A stretch of DNA of 64,000 bases from Narcine bancroftii (Eukaryota), in the NCBI RefSeq assembly GCF_036971445.1, contig NC_091478.1, positions 78,926,001-78,990,000 on the forward strand, written 5' to 3'. Positions 53,101-62,478 of this stretch are shown here, piece after piece. The notes under the pieces are model-generated. The model did no database searches. It had not been told where the DNA came from and worked only from the letters and a program-made list of their open reading frames with translations. How positions within the stretch are numbered: position 1 is the first letter of the stretch; each line of letters opens with the position of its first letter. The position numbers were made by a program, and so were the translations under genes.

Positions 53101-56100
53101 TGGTTGCTGCCAGCAATCACTTTAGATCACAGTCAAGGCTCGTGCAACATTTAGGCATTGCAATGTCATGGTTGACCTTCTGCACCTTTGAATTAAAACA
53201 GCTGTACATTAGCCACTGGCATCAGTAACTGACTTTCCACAAAACACTCGATGAGCTGATTGTGCAGAAGGTGACTTTTCACTTGTGCTGCCTCGAGGGC
53301 AAAGTTGTCACATGTTGATGAAACAGGATTAAACGTATACCATTAAAATTCCTGCAAGTTAATAGACTATCTACAGTTGTGATCAATCAAGATTTGCTGT
53401 TATGATGAGGGTTCATTCTAACATCTTTGTGGGAGTGGGTGGGGGGGGGAGGGGGAGGGGGAGGGGGTAAATAGCATTTCTGTTCCATGATGTAGACGTG
53501 AGGAAAATGTTCTTACCACTGCAAATTTGGAATTGCTGATAAGCCCACTCTCTTTGGCTTGGCTTCGCGGACGAAGATTTATGGAGGGGGTAAAAAGTCC
53601 ACGTCAGCTGCAGGCTCGTTTGTGGCTGACAAGTCCGATGCGGGACAGGCAGACACGGTTGCAGCGGTTGCAGGGGAAAATTGGTTGGTTGGGGTTGGGT
53701 GTTGGGTTTTTCCTCCTTTGCCTTTTGTCAGTGAGGTGGGCTCTGCGGTCTTCTTCAAAGGAGGTTGCTGCCCGCCAAACTGTGAGGCGCCAAGATGCAC
53801 GGTTTGAGGCGTTATCAGCCCACTGGCTTAAGAATAAACTCCAGATTGTTGTTAACTTGGCCTGTGTCATCGTAGGCACCAGATCTCATTCCACCAAGGA
53901 TATCTACATGAGGCAGTGACTTTAAGAAAGCAGCCTCTATCCTCAAAGACTCCCACCACCCAGGCCACGCCCTCTTCACTCATCAGGGAGCCTAAAGACG
54001 AGCACTCGGCAGCACAAGGACAGCTTCTTCCCCGCTGCCATCAGATTCCTGAATAGTCAATAAGGCTATTCTTCTGCATTTGCATCTTTTTGTTTGCATC
54101 AAGATTCCTTTTTGAAGTGGATATCTCAAAATGGTGTCCGATTTTTAATATAGCAATTCGCTGTAGTTTAAAAAAAATGTTTTATTGTGGAGAAAGTTGT
54201 GTACATTATTTTTTGCAGTTATTCACCTGTCATGCATTTTACAATGCTCCATTAGTTGCATCTGTGTCTCAATGAGACTGTGGTGTGAAGTGGATCTTTT
54301 CTTTAGCATCTTGCTTAACGTTATTGATGTTGAATAATCAATTTTTGACACCAGGCTTGCATTAAATCTGCACTAATGTAGCGGATGTACATGTGTGACC
54401 AACATTGCAAAACTAGAAGCTTTTCATGAAGGAGCCAACCAGTCACTGATGTTTCCTTTTCCTCTTCCAATTGCCCAGGTGTTAAACAGATACATGTCTG
54501 CACCATTAATTTCAACACTCCCTGCTCCGATAATCCCTGTGATGCCTCAGCCATTTATTGCCAGTGGAAGTACTAGGGACTGCATTCGTTTACGTGGCCT
54601 TCCTTACACAGCAAGCATCGAGGATATTCTGGACTTCATGGGAGAATTTACAATTGACATAAAACCTCATGGTGTTCATATGGTACTGAATCAACAGGTA
54701 ATTTGAAATCTGCTTCTGCTCATGTGAAATCATTACTCTGAGAATTACGTAGTTGTCATTTTTCAAGTCCTAACTACAATTTCAAAGCAGTGATTCACTT
54801 CATTGCCTCTGGTATTTAACTTTATAGAAATAAATTTATAATTCAGTTTCTAATGTGTTATTCCAATTATTTGTATATAAATTACACTTTGTTGCATTGG
54901 TAAGTGGCCTACATTCTGTTTACTGCAGGGTGTACATTATTGACTTTGGCTGCTGGAAAGACCTGCACGTTAATACTAGTATGGGTTAAGTACTATTTTG
55001 TTTCCCAGAAAATTGCCCACATCTAGTTATTCCATCAATGCTTTGTATGTTGTCCTATTGTATACTTTGAATTTGATTTCTGAGCTGTGGCTGTTAGATG
55101 ATTTGGCCAAGGGCAAGCAAATTTTGAAGACTCTCTGGTGTTTGATGGTCATTAAAGTTTACATTTTACCGTGATTATGTTCCGATGTCTTATGTAGCCT
55201 TGACTGACAAGGCTGTGCTGTGAGTTTGCAGATTGGTTTGTTTCTATTGTGTTCAGTGACTGGGAGTTCATTAGCATTTCTGTTCCATGATGTAGACGTG
55301 AGGAAAATGTTCTTACCACTGAAAATTTGGAATTGCTGATAAGCCCACTATGGCTTAAGAATAAACTCCAGATTGTTGTTAACTTGGCCTGTGTCATCGT
55401 AGGCACCAGATCTCATTCCACCAAGGATATCTACATGAGGCGGTGACTTTAAGAAAGCAGCCTCTATCCTCAAAGACTCCCACCACCCAGGCCACGCCCT
55501 CTTCACTCATCAGGGAGCCTAAAGACGAGCACTCGGCAGCACAAGGACAGCTTCTTCCCCGCTGCCATCAGATTCCTGAATAGTCAATAAGGCACTGCCT
55601 TATTTTTTTGTGCACTATTTTTTTTATAATAATGTTGTAAGATGTATGTACAATATGTATGTTTGCTCTATGATACTGCTACAAAACACCAAATTTCATA
55701 ACTTGTTCATGACAGTAAATTCTGATTATAAAAACAATTCAGCCAAGAGATCTGAGAAAGTCAGTAAAGTCTTTATTCTGAAATCAGACGATCTATTAGA
55801 ATTCCATAAAGTTGGAATTTCTGTCAGAATGTTAAATATTTCTTGCATAATATTTTGCCAAGATTCTCACTTTTAAGTGTCTTTTATTTTGAGGGATTAA
55901 TTAGAAATTAATGATGGCTGCAGAGATGAGGTCTAGAATTCAAATTTGCTTTGAGATCTGAGTCTTCTTGCACACCACTGCTCTGCGAATAGAGTAATAT
56001 TGATTCTGCTTTGTAATATTGAAATGCCGGGGAGGTGTCTGCCACCGACATGATAGGTAGTCACTAATTAAACAATAGCTTACAAGGAAGTCTTTCTCTA

Positions 56101-59100
56101 TTTTGTGAGACTCTTGGATGACAGCAGCCGTGAGATTTTGTTTGTTCACTGACCCTTTTGGCTGATGTCTCTCAGGTCTTCAGAATCCATTTCTCTTCTG
56201 TTCTTTAAAATAACTTGTCCAGCAAGAGCCCCATATATTGCAGGTCATCCTAGGTATTGAGATGTGTTAACTTATAAGTATTTTTGACCTACCTATCTGT
56301 ATTTTAGGTAGATGAAAGAACTTTGAGCTAAAATGAAAATGAAGATCCCAAGCACAATCCTGCTTTTATTTCCTCAATATGCATGAGAAGAATATTTTAA
56401 TTCTTTGACTATTAGATGTAGTTTAACACCTGTTCAAAGCCTTTCTTGGCTGGATATGTTAATTATTTTAAATTGTAGATAATTTAACAAGTTTAACTCC
56501 CATCCTCCATTTCCTGAATCGGATCATTTTGGTTTGGTATTTTGGGCGCATTGATACCTGGCAGCATAAAGCCATGAGCAACACTCCCATTTCCTTCCTT
56601 GAGAGGAAAGAGTGTTGTTGGATTATTTAACTTGTTCATACTGATTGTATTGGTGATTTTTTTTTTAAAAAGCTGCTGCGGCATGGAACATTTTCACAAC
56701 TTGTAGGTGTGAATAGAGGGGGTATTCCCACACAAGGTAATGCCTCGGAGCCCTCGTGGAGTTGTAGAGCTGCACAGCATGGATTTACACCCTTTGTCTA
56801 TCCAATCTGATGATCCATCCAAGCTCGTCCCATTTGGTTGCATTTGGCCCATATCCCTCCTAGCCTTTCTTGTTCAAGTAACTGTCTGAATGTTGCCATT
56901 GCACTCCCTTTGGCAGCTCGTTCCGTATATTTCATCATCAGGACCCTTTTAGATCTTTCCCCTGTCCCTGTCAACCCATGCCACCCAGGTTTTGGATTTC
57001 CCCAACCCTGGGCTAAAAAGACTAACATTAAAGGTTTTTTTTAGAAAAAAGTTACTGGAAGCAGACCTTTTAGTTTGGGAATGTTTTGAACTGGTGGCAG
57101 TTCGTTCCTTGTTGTTGGAGATCCTTGGAAGCCGGCAAGAGTATGTTCACTTGAGGCCAATTGCAAATGTGATTCAACAATTAGCATTACTGAAGAGGCT
57201 TCGTGTGTTGATTCAGTGGAAAATGAGCTTTAAAAGTTTGACTGGAATTTGTTGTAACCTCTTCAAAATTGAAGTGCAATGAACTGTTATTTTTTTCCCA
57301 CCCCACCCCTGCATTTGACCCAGGGACGACCTTCAGGCGATGCTTTTATTCAAATGAAGTCTCCAGATCGTGCTTTCTTGGTTGCACAGAAATGTCATAA
57401 GAAGACGATGAAGGATAGATACGTGGAAGTGTTTCAGTGCTCCGGAGATGAAATGAGCTATGTTTTAATGGGTGGCACTTTAAATCGTAGTGGCTTGTCT
57501 CCGCCGCCATGTAAGTTACCATGTAAGTTTTGAATTCTGACGCTCTCTTGCTGCTAAAGGCTGGAATTGTGGTAGGTGGAGGCTGGAGCTCTGTTTAGCT
57601 TTTTCATCTTTATCTGGTTTGCCGTGATCAATTTTTCATCAATCGAGGCTTGAGAATGAATTGGGGTTTTGATTTTTATATTTTGTCTCCCCACTCCCTT
57701 GCCCTTCCTCTCCCTCCTTCACCAAATGGCAAAATTGGGCATTGTACTGGGCGACTTTTGCTTTTTGGCACTTTCTGGAGCTCTGCAGTAGGTCTGCCTG
57801 GTAGTAGGATTTTTAAACTTTTGGAGGTGATGCTCATGGGTTGAAGATGAGGTGACTACTGGGGTGCAGTCTCAGAAAAGCTTTAACACAATGCCATAAA
57901 ATGTTGAGATTAGCTTTCACTTTTTTTATGTCATTAAAATTCAAGGATAAGCAATTCGTCAAATTACCAAAGAAGATGCTCGAATGCAAACCTTTGTTCC
58001 ATTTGGCAACTGTGGCTGTCTGCAGAGTTCAGACCCCTTGGAACATTAATCATGTGCACATCTATCTGGGACATCCGGTATGCTAATCCATCCTCATTTG
58101 CTTATTCGGCTGTCTGTGTTTCAGGCCTTTCCCCTCCGACGTACCCAACATTCACACCGGGTCCTGCTGTAATACCAGCCGAAGCTGCCCTCTATCAGCC
58201 CCAGGCCCTGCTGGCTCCACCGCGGTCAGCTCAACCTGTACCACCTGCAGTTGCCTATTACCCTACTCAGGCAACAGCCACTCAACTGTACATGAACTAC
58301 ACCACCTACTATCCAAGGTAACTTTTTCCAGCAGAATTGTTCTTTTCTCACTGATTTTAAAAATTTATATCTATGAGCTTGGGTTAGTTTAAGTAGTTGG
58401 CACAATCCTAGTCACCTGGGTTCAAATCCAGCGAAGACTGTAAAGAGTTTGTAAGTTCTCCCCGTGTCTGTGTGGGTTTCCTCCAGGTGCTCTAGATTCC
58501 TCCCAACCTTTTCAAAAGGTTTGCAGGATTAGTGGGTTAATTGGTCACATGGGTGTATTTGAGCAGCATGGTCTGGAAGAGCATGTATCTCTAAACTACA
58601 ACATGCACAGGAAGGTCCTGAACCATGCCTGCATCACCCTTTTCCCTGAGAATATTTGACATTGATTTTTGGGCCCCTTGCTTTTGCAGCCCTCCAGTGT
58701 CACCAACGACCATGGGATACTTTGCAGCTCCTCAAGCAGCGTTAGCTGCAGCATCATCGGCCACCCATGCTGTTCTACCACAACCAGGAGCACTTGTTCG
58801 CATGCAGGGGCTGCCTTATAATATTGCAACTAAAGACATCCTTAGTTTCTTCCAAGGATACCAGGTAAAGGCCTTTGATTTACCCTGCTTTTGAGGATCA
58901 CTTCTAGTCCTGCACTGCTCATTTTGATTTGAGGAGATTTTTACTTGAAACTTTAAAGATTGCCATGCCATGATTAAAATTTGTGTGTCTACATTACGGT
59001 TCACCTGTTGAGGCCTAAGGATATCTAACTAAGCATTTATTTTCTCGTGCCTTCTGTTTCTCGCTCTCCTGGATGTTTTGAATGACGTGCTGATCTTAAA

Positions 59101-62100
59101 GTGAATACTTTTTGGACCACCTGTGGCTTGGTACGGCCATGTGAAAATGGGAGTACTGTGTACATTGCACTTGATGTGGGTATTGATCTGTCAGCTGTGA
59201 ACAGTGATCTAATTTGGTTTTCATGCTATTTTGGGGAGATATTGGATGGTGGGTTTTGGGCTCCCTCCCTTGGAATCCTTTTTGGTTTTGTGGAGCTTTC
59301 TTACTGCATGTTTTGAACACTCTAATGAACAGTTGCAGTAGTACCAGACCTGCTGTAGTACAATACCATTTACGTGCAGTAAAATGTACTGTCTCAGAAC
59401 TAACAGGATTCTTTAATGCTGAAGTACAGGATGCAAAAAAAAAAAATCACATTTAATCCACCAGAATCCAATGTGCTTCTTTCTTACTATTTACTGCAGT
59501 ATCTGCTTTACTAACCACTTTTCTGTGGGAAGACCTGCTTGCATTAAGTTTACCTGTCTTTGATAACTGGGGCTCATTAAAATCCTTTCAGTAAAGTGGT
59601 CAAATTGAGGTGTGGCAGAATATCTGGTGTACAAATCTTTATATAAAAAAAAACTGCTCTTTCATTTTTCCAGTGGAAAAGTGACGTTTAATTCTCAATA
59701 AATACCTGCAAATGTAGTTTAATTGTTTTTTTGGTTTAAACTATGGTGTTCTGCCATTGTCATTGAGAGAGACAGCATGGAAATGGGTCCTTCAATGCCC
59801 TGAATCGCACGTCCTCTGCTCAATCCATTTTATTCTCCTTACACATACTAACCCATATGCTAGGGTCAATTTACAGGGGCTATTTAACCTGCAATTTGGT
59901 CCTTTTTGGGGTGAGGGAGGAAACTGAAGTACCCTGTTGGAACTCACTGAGAGAATGTGCAAGTTCCTCATGTTGTACTGGAAATGAAGTCAGAAGTCAG
60001 GTTGCTGTATCTGGAGGTATGATGATTTGCACCTTTCTGTCGCTGCAACTGCAGTGAAACACAATTCTGAGGAAATAATATTCCTTTTATTTTGGGTGAG
60101 CATTAGTATCAATTTTAACTAGTGGGTTCCCAACCAAAGTGGCTCTCTTATCCAAGTGTCCCATTTCCAATATTCTTTATGGGATCACCAGCTTGGTGCA
60201 CAAGGAGAAATCGTAATTCCAAAAGTGTTCTTATTCCACTTTTGTTTTTGTTTCCGCTGCACTCCAAAAACCAACTTGGTTCAGAAGAATACCTCGACTG
60301 TCATTTAACTCGAGTCTTTGATAAGAATTCCCAGTATGTTTAGCTAAATATAAATAGGTCCTGCTCTTGGCTTTTAAAAACAAAACTGTTGATGTGCATG
60401 CTTTGATTTCCACCTCCCCTCCCCACTCCTATTAAGCTGGGTATTCATCTCATCTCCTCTTTGAAGAAGTACACTTAATACTGGAGAACACCACCACATC
60501 TTTATCACCAGATTTCAGATTATCAGAACACGTAATATTTCAAATGATTTATTTACAAAGCTAGACCAAGCTGATTTATTGTTTAGAGGTGAGCGATATT
60601 AACCCTACCCGTACTTTGGGTTCTGAATTTTCTCTCTCACTGCCTCACTCGTGGGGTAGTGAGATTGTACTAGATTAAACTTTTGGCAAGAAGTAATAGG
60701 CACCTTAATATTCAAATACCCTTATTTCATGTTTATGTTTGGATATATTAAGTAGATTTCAGTCCTAACATTTTCATTCTTTTTAATGATTTTCTGGATC
60801 AATGTGTCTCCCTGTTACTTGACCTGCCATCCTCTTCCACGAAGGAAATCATTTGACAATTGGATTGTGTGAGAGCAGGTCTGGTAATATGCTAATAATT
60901 GCACTGTGTGGCTGGCCCAACTTAGAATGTGTGGCTGGGCAGGTTAGTCACAAGGTAATGGTTTTTAGAAGATGGTGGATGGGCCGACAGTGGATTAATG
61001 ATTCAGTGAGAGATTGCAATGTGAGTGTTTGGGAATGTTCATATTTGCTTTAATATAATTCTGATCCTTTTGCTTCAGATGCCTGAAGTAATAATGTACC
61101 CCACCCACCTTATTGGCAGGGGAGAATTTGAATGTTTTACAGATGAGATTAAAGTAAACCATTCTTAAACGATAAAACACTGACTGGCACCAAAGCTCAT
61201 TTTGTTTTGCTCCCAGTTCTCCCAGAACTACATAATGGACATTTCTATTAATTCCCCTACTTTGAGTGTTGTTTAACTGTTCTGACATTGTCTCTGAAGT
61301 TATTTTTCAACTAATTAAATATGAATGGTGTCTGATTCTAGATTTAACTATCCTCTTGAACCTTTTCTGGGAATTAGACTTTTTACTTTCGATCTTGTTA
61401 ATGGACACGTGAATGAACTTGCATTATTTTCCTTGTTTGACCTGCAGTTTATATACATTTTTTTTTAAAATTGACTTTTCATGAAGTTATTCTTCCATCT
61501 TAATTGGGAACAGTGTTGTAATGTAATGATCTTCTTGGCAAATGAGCATTAGCAACGAGTCTTGTGAGACTTTCCATTGTCTGTGTGGCTTCCCTTGTTC
61601 TGCCATGGATGTCAGAACTTTGGGGTAGACTGTGGACTCAGGCCAGCACCTAGAATTTTGCAGTTGTCTGCATTGAACCAGGTGGCGGGATGGACGCTCT
61701 TGTTGGCTCCAGGCGACATGATGTCAAAACCCTGCCCTAAAACCCCATCATAGCCAGCAAAGGAGGTGAGGAGTTTTGACTGAAATCCAATTTGCTTTAA
61801 TAGATTTAATTGCCTATTAAATAAAATTGCTTATTTTAAATTTTTTGGGTTTCTATTTAAAAAAAAAGAGCCCCTCTCCCTCACTCTCTTCCCCACTTCT
61901 GATTCTATGCCCCACAGACTCCATTAAATTCAATGTTTTGTAAGTAATTTCAACATGATCAGCTGGTGCTGATGAATTTGTTGAGTCCAGAGGTAGAGCA
62001 GTCTGTTGGATTCAAGCTCCCTCAATGTGTCAGAAGGGCGCCTACTTCAAAGTTTGCCAATCCTTGTGCACACGTCTTCAGCCTGGGCGCAGATATTTCC

Positions 62101-62478
62101 GTTCAAGGTTTCCTGAAGAGAACCAGATCAATCTGGCTCGATGTTTCATAAAATGCATGCTCCAGGGTCCCCCACATGATGGTTCTCCCCCAATGAACCC
62201 TGAACATCGGTGTCGATAGTCCTGTGGTCCAAGGAATGTGACTTTTACCTTTTGTAAAAACTAAAATTCTCTCTTGCCAAGTTAAAGCCCAAGCTAAATA
62301 CTTTCAAGGTTTGAAATTTGTGGTGAAGCATGCTCTCACCAAGCCATGTTCCTATTGACTGATGTGTGTATTCAAACTTGTACTGTAGTATGCACCTGAT
62401 GACTACAGCGGCCTTATTCAGATGAACGATCAAGCAAGGAGTATGTTTCAGGCACCCAAAGAGTGGGTCTGTTTGTAG
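31852..62478 (+). CDS. ESRP2: ESRP2, epithelial splicing regulatory protein 2; spliced CDS of 15 exons, 2109 nt / 702 aa with the long exon 12
   Basis: Exons join in frame at GT-AG boundaries from [17 protein letters not shown] to APKEWVCL*. N-terminal DnaQ-like region plus three quasi-RRMs. ESRP2-type residues: [48 protein letters not shown]. Confidence 0.93.
32170..32298 (+). CDS. ESRP2: ESRP2 exon 2 ([25 protein letters not shown]...ERVIAQ)
   Basis: aacag| acceptor, CAG|GTGAGG donor, 129 nt, phase 0-0. Confidence 0.9.
37516..37629 (+). CDS. ESRP2: ESRP2 exon 3 ([10 protein letters not shown]...[21 protein letters not shown])
   Basis: ttcag| acceptor, AAG|GTGAAG donor, 114 nt, conserved LCTDGQL and LHPEASKK. 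Confidence 0.93.
39162..41186 (-). mobile_element. L1 insertion with inverted 5' segment and a nested MITE
   Basis: Poly-T at 39163; antisense ORF2 C-terminus to ~40590; sense upstream ORF2 piece ([20 protein letters not shown]) to 41186; TSD AACTTGAGAGA at 39151-39161 and 41187-41197. Confidence 0.85.
40197..40492. mobile_element. Tc1/mariner-type MITE at a TA site inside the L1
   Basis: Imperfect TIRs TACACGATCCTT.ATCC / GGATAAAGGATCGCGTA; removing it rejoins the L1 reading [18 protein letters not shown]. Confidence 0.7.
42756..42870 (+). CDS. ESRP2: ESRP2 exon 4 ([22 protein letters not shown]...SMAE)
   Basis: tatag| acceptor; 115 nt; followed by the U12-type donor GTATCCTT. Confidence 0.9.
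42871..43498 (+). other. U12-type (minor spliceosome) GT-AG intron 4
   Basis: 5' end GTATCCTTCC; branch-site-like TTCCTTAAT at 43479-43487, about 12 nt from the 3' TAG; no polypyrimidine tract; the join restores the ESRP frame (MAE-Y-LEL). Confidence 0.9.
43499..43597 (+). CDS. ESRP2: ESRP2 exon 5 ([33 protein letters not shown])
   Basis: 99 nt, phase 1-1, donor ACA|GTAAGT. Confidence 0.88.
43688..43742 (+). CDS. ESRP2: ESRP2 exon 6 ([19 protein letters not shown])
   Basis: ttttcag| acceptor, CTG|GTGAGT donor, 55 nt, conserved VNYKFE. Confidence 0.92.
43790..43965 (-). mobile_element. V-SINE, antisense, in intron 6
   Basis: GGTGGGAGGAAAC..AAACCCATGCAGACAC core with TTTAAA tail. Confidence 0.8.
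44326..44436 (+). CDS. ESRP2: ESRP2 exon 7, start of RRM1 ([37 protein letters not shown])
   Basis: 111 nt; acceptor tgcag|CAG; donor AAA|GTAAGT. Confidence 0.95.
44826..45430 (+). mobile_element. Probable LTR remnant
   Basis: TGTTG start, ATTAAAG near 45332, CAACA/TGACA end followed by PBS-like TTGGTGATGAG; no clean TSD. Confidence 0.4.
47151..47196. repeat. (TG)n microsatellite
   Basis: About 22 uninterrupted TG units. Confidence 0.97.
47790..48735 (-). mobile_element. CR1 LINE 3' fragment, antisense
   Basis: [40 protein letters not shown]; antisense LADDTKL. Confidence 0.88.
49947..50170. repeat. Inverted pair of Penelope-type repeats forming a ~220-nt imperfect palindrome
   Basis: CTCAGCAGGT..AACAGTGTAC..AGCAAAGATAGA.ACATAACCAAC is mirrored by GTTGGTTATGT.TCTATCTTTGCT..GTACACTGTT..ACCTGCTGAG. 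Confidence 0.8.
50280..50412 (+). CDS. ESRP2: ESRP2 exon 8, RRM1 ([21 protein letters not shown]...HMGSRYIE)
   Basis: 133 nt; acceptor caaag|; donor GAG|GTGGGA; within ORF 50191..50439. Confidence 0.95.
50509..50551 (+). CDS. ESRP2: ESRP2 exon 9 ([14 protein letters not shown])
   Basis: 43 nt; ttccag| acceptor; GAG|GTAAGT donor. Confidence 0.95.
51455..51655 (+). mobile_element. V-SINE (HE1-like)
   Basis: CGGTTAGCAC..GGTTCAATTC head; CGGTTTCCTCCCAC core. Confidence 0.7.
52283..52584 (+). CDS. ESRP2: ESRP2 exon 10, RRM2 ([25 protein letters not shown]...AAEVQQ)
   Basis: 302 nt; atatag| acceptor; CAG|GTTGGT donor; within ORF 52240..52620. Confidence 0.96.
53472..54066 (+). repeat. Direct-repeat copy 1 of a 322-bp segment, interrupted by an RTE
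   Basis: Matches 55272..55593 apart from the insert and about two substitutions. Confidence 0.92.
53550..53824 (-). mobile_element. RTE-clade LINE 3' fragment
   Basis: Antisense [12 protein letters not shown]...[23 protein letters not shown] zinc-finger-like end; AGCCCACT at both junctions. Confidence 0.85.
54479..54697 (+). CDS. ESRP2: ESRP2 exon 11, start of RRM3 ([10 protein letters not shown]...[15 protein letters not shown]...HMVLNQQ)
   Basis: 219 nt, phase 0-0; gcccag| acceptor; CAG|GTAATT donor. Confidence 0.96.
55272..55730 (+). repeat. Direct-repeat copy 2 (55272..55593), running into a Rex1-like 3' end
   Basis: Lacks the RTE insert; continues to CAAATTTCAT.ACTTGTTCATGACAGTAAATTCTGA, as at 10950-10998. 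Confidence 0.88.
57324..57522 (+). CDS. ESRP2: ESRP2 exon 12, RRM3 ([11 protein letters not shown]...[10 protein letters not shown]); the short form ends at 57510
   Basis: cccag| acceptor; two GTAAGT donors at 57511 and 57523, 12 nt apart. Confidence 0.95.
58125..58317 (+). CDS. ESRP2: ESRP2 exon 13, Pro/Ala/Tyr-rich region ([10 protein letters not shown]...YMNYTTYYP)
   Basis: 193 nt; tttcag| acceptor; AAG|GTAACT donor. Confidence 0.94.
58375..58595 (+). mobile_element. V-SINE in intron 13
   Basis: GGGTTCAAATCC head; TCTCCCCGTGTCTGTGTGGGTTTCCTCC core. Confidence 0.8.
58690..58864 (+). CDS. ESRP2: ESRP2 exon 14 ([11 protein letters not shown]...[26 protein letters not shown])
   Basis: 175 nt; ttttgcag| acceptor; CAG|GTAAAG donor; ends in phase 0. 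Confidence 0.94.
62389..62478 (+). CDS. ESRP2: ESRP2 exon 15, coding part ([29 protein letters not shown]); exon continues to 62505
   Basis: ctgtag| acceptor; TAG at 62476-62478; donor AAG|GTAAGG at 62506; matches the canonical ESRP C-terminus. Confidence 0.92.
   Translation, partial: YAPDDYSGLIQMNDQARSMFQAPKEWVCL

Noticed and set aside
59040-59230. Alternative exon early in intron 14
   Set aside because: A pyrimidine tract is present but there is no convincing acceptor-donor pair or recognisable peptide.
31852-62478. Assignment as ESRP1
   Set aside because: Some segments resemble ESRP1 (MTAS start, [14 protein letters not shown]), but the diagnostic motifs PPVSPTT, GGVALC, EQRDLAL, LNQQ and [12 protein letters not shown] favour ESRP2. 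A tree or synteny check would settle it.
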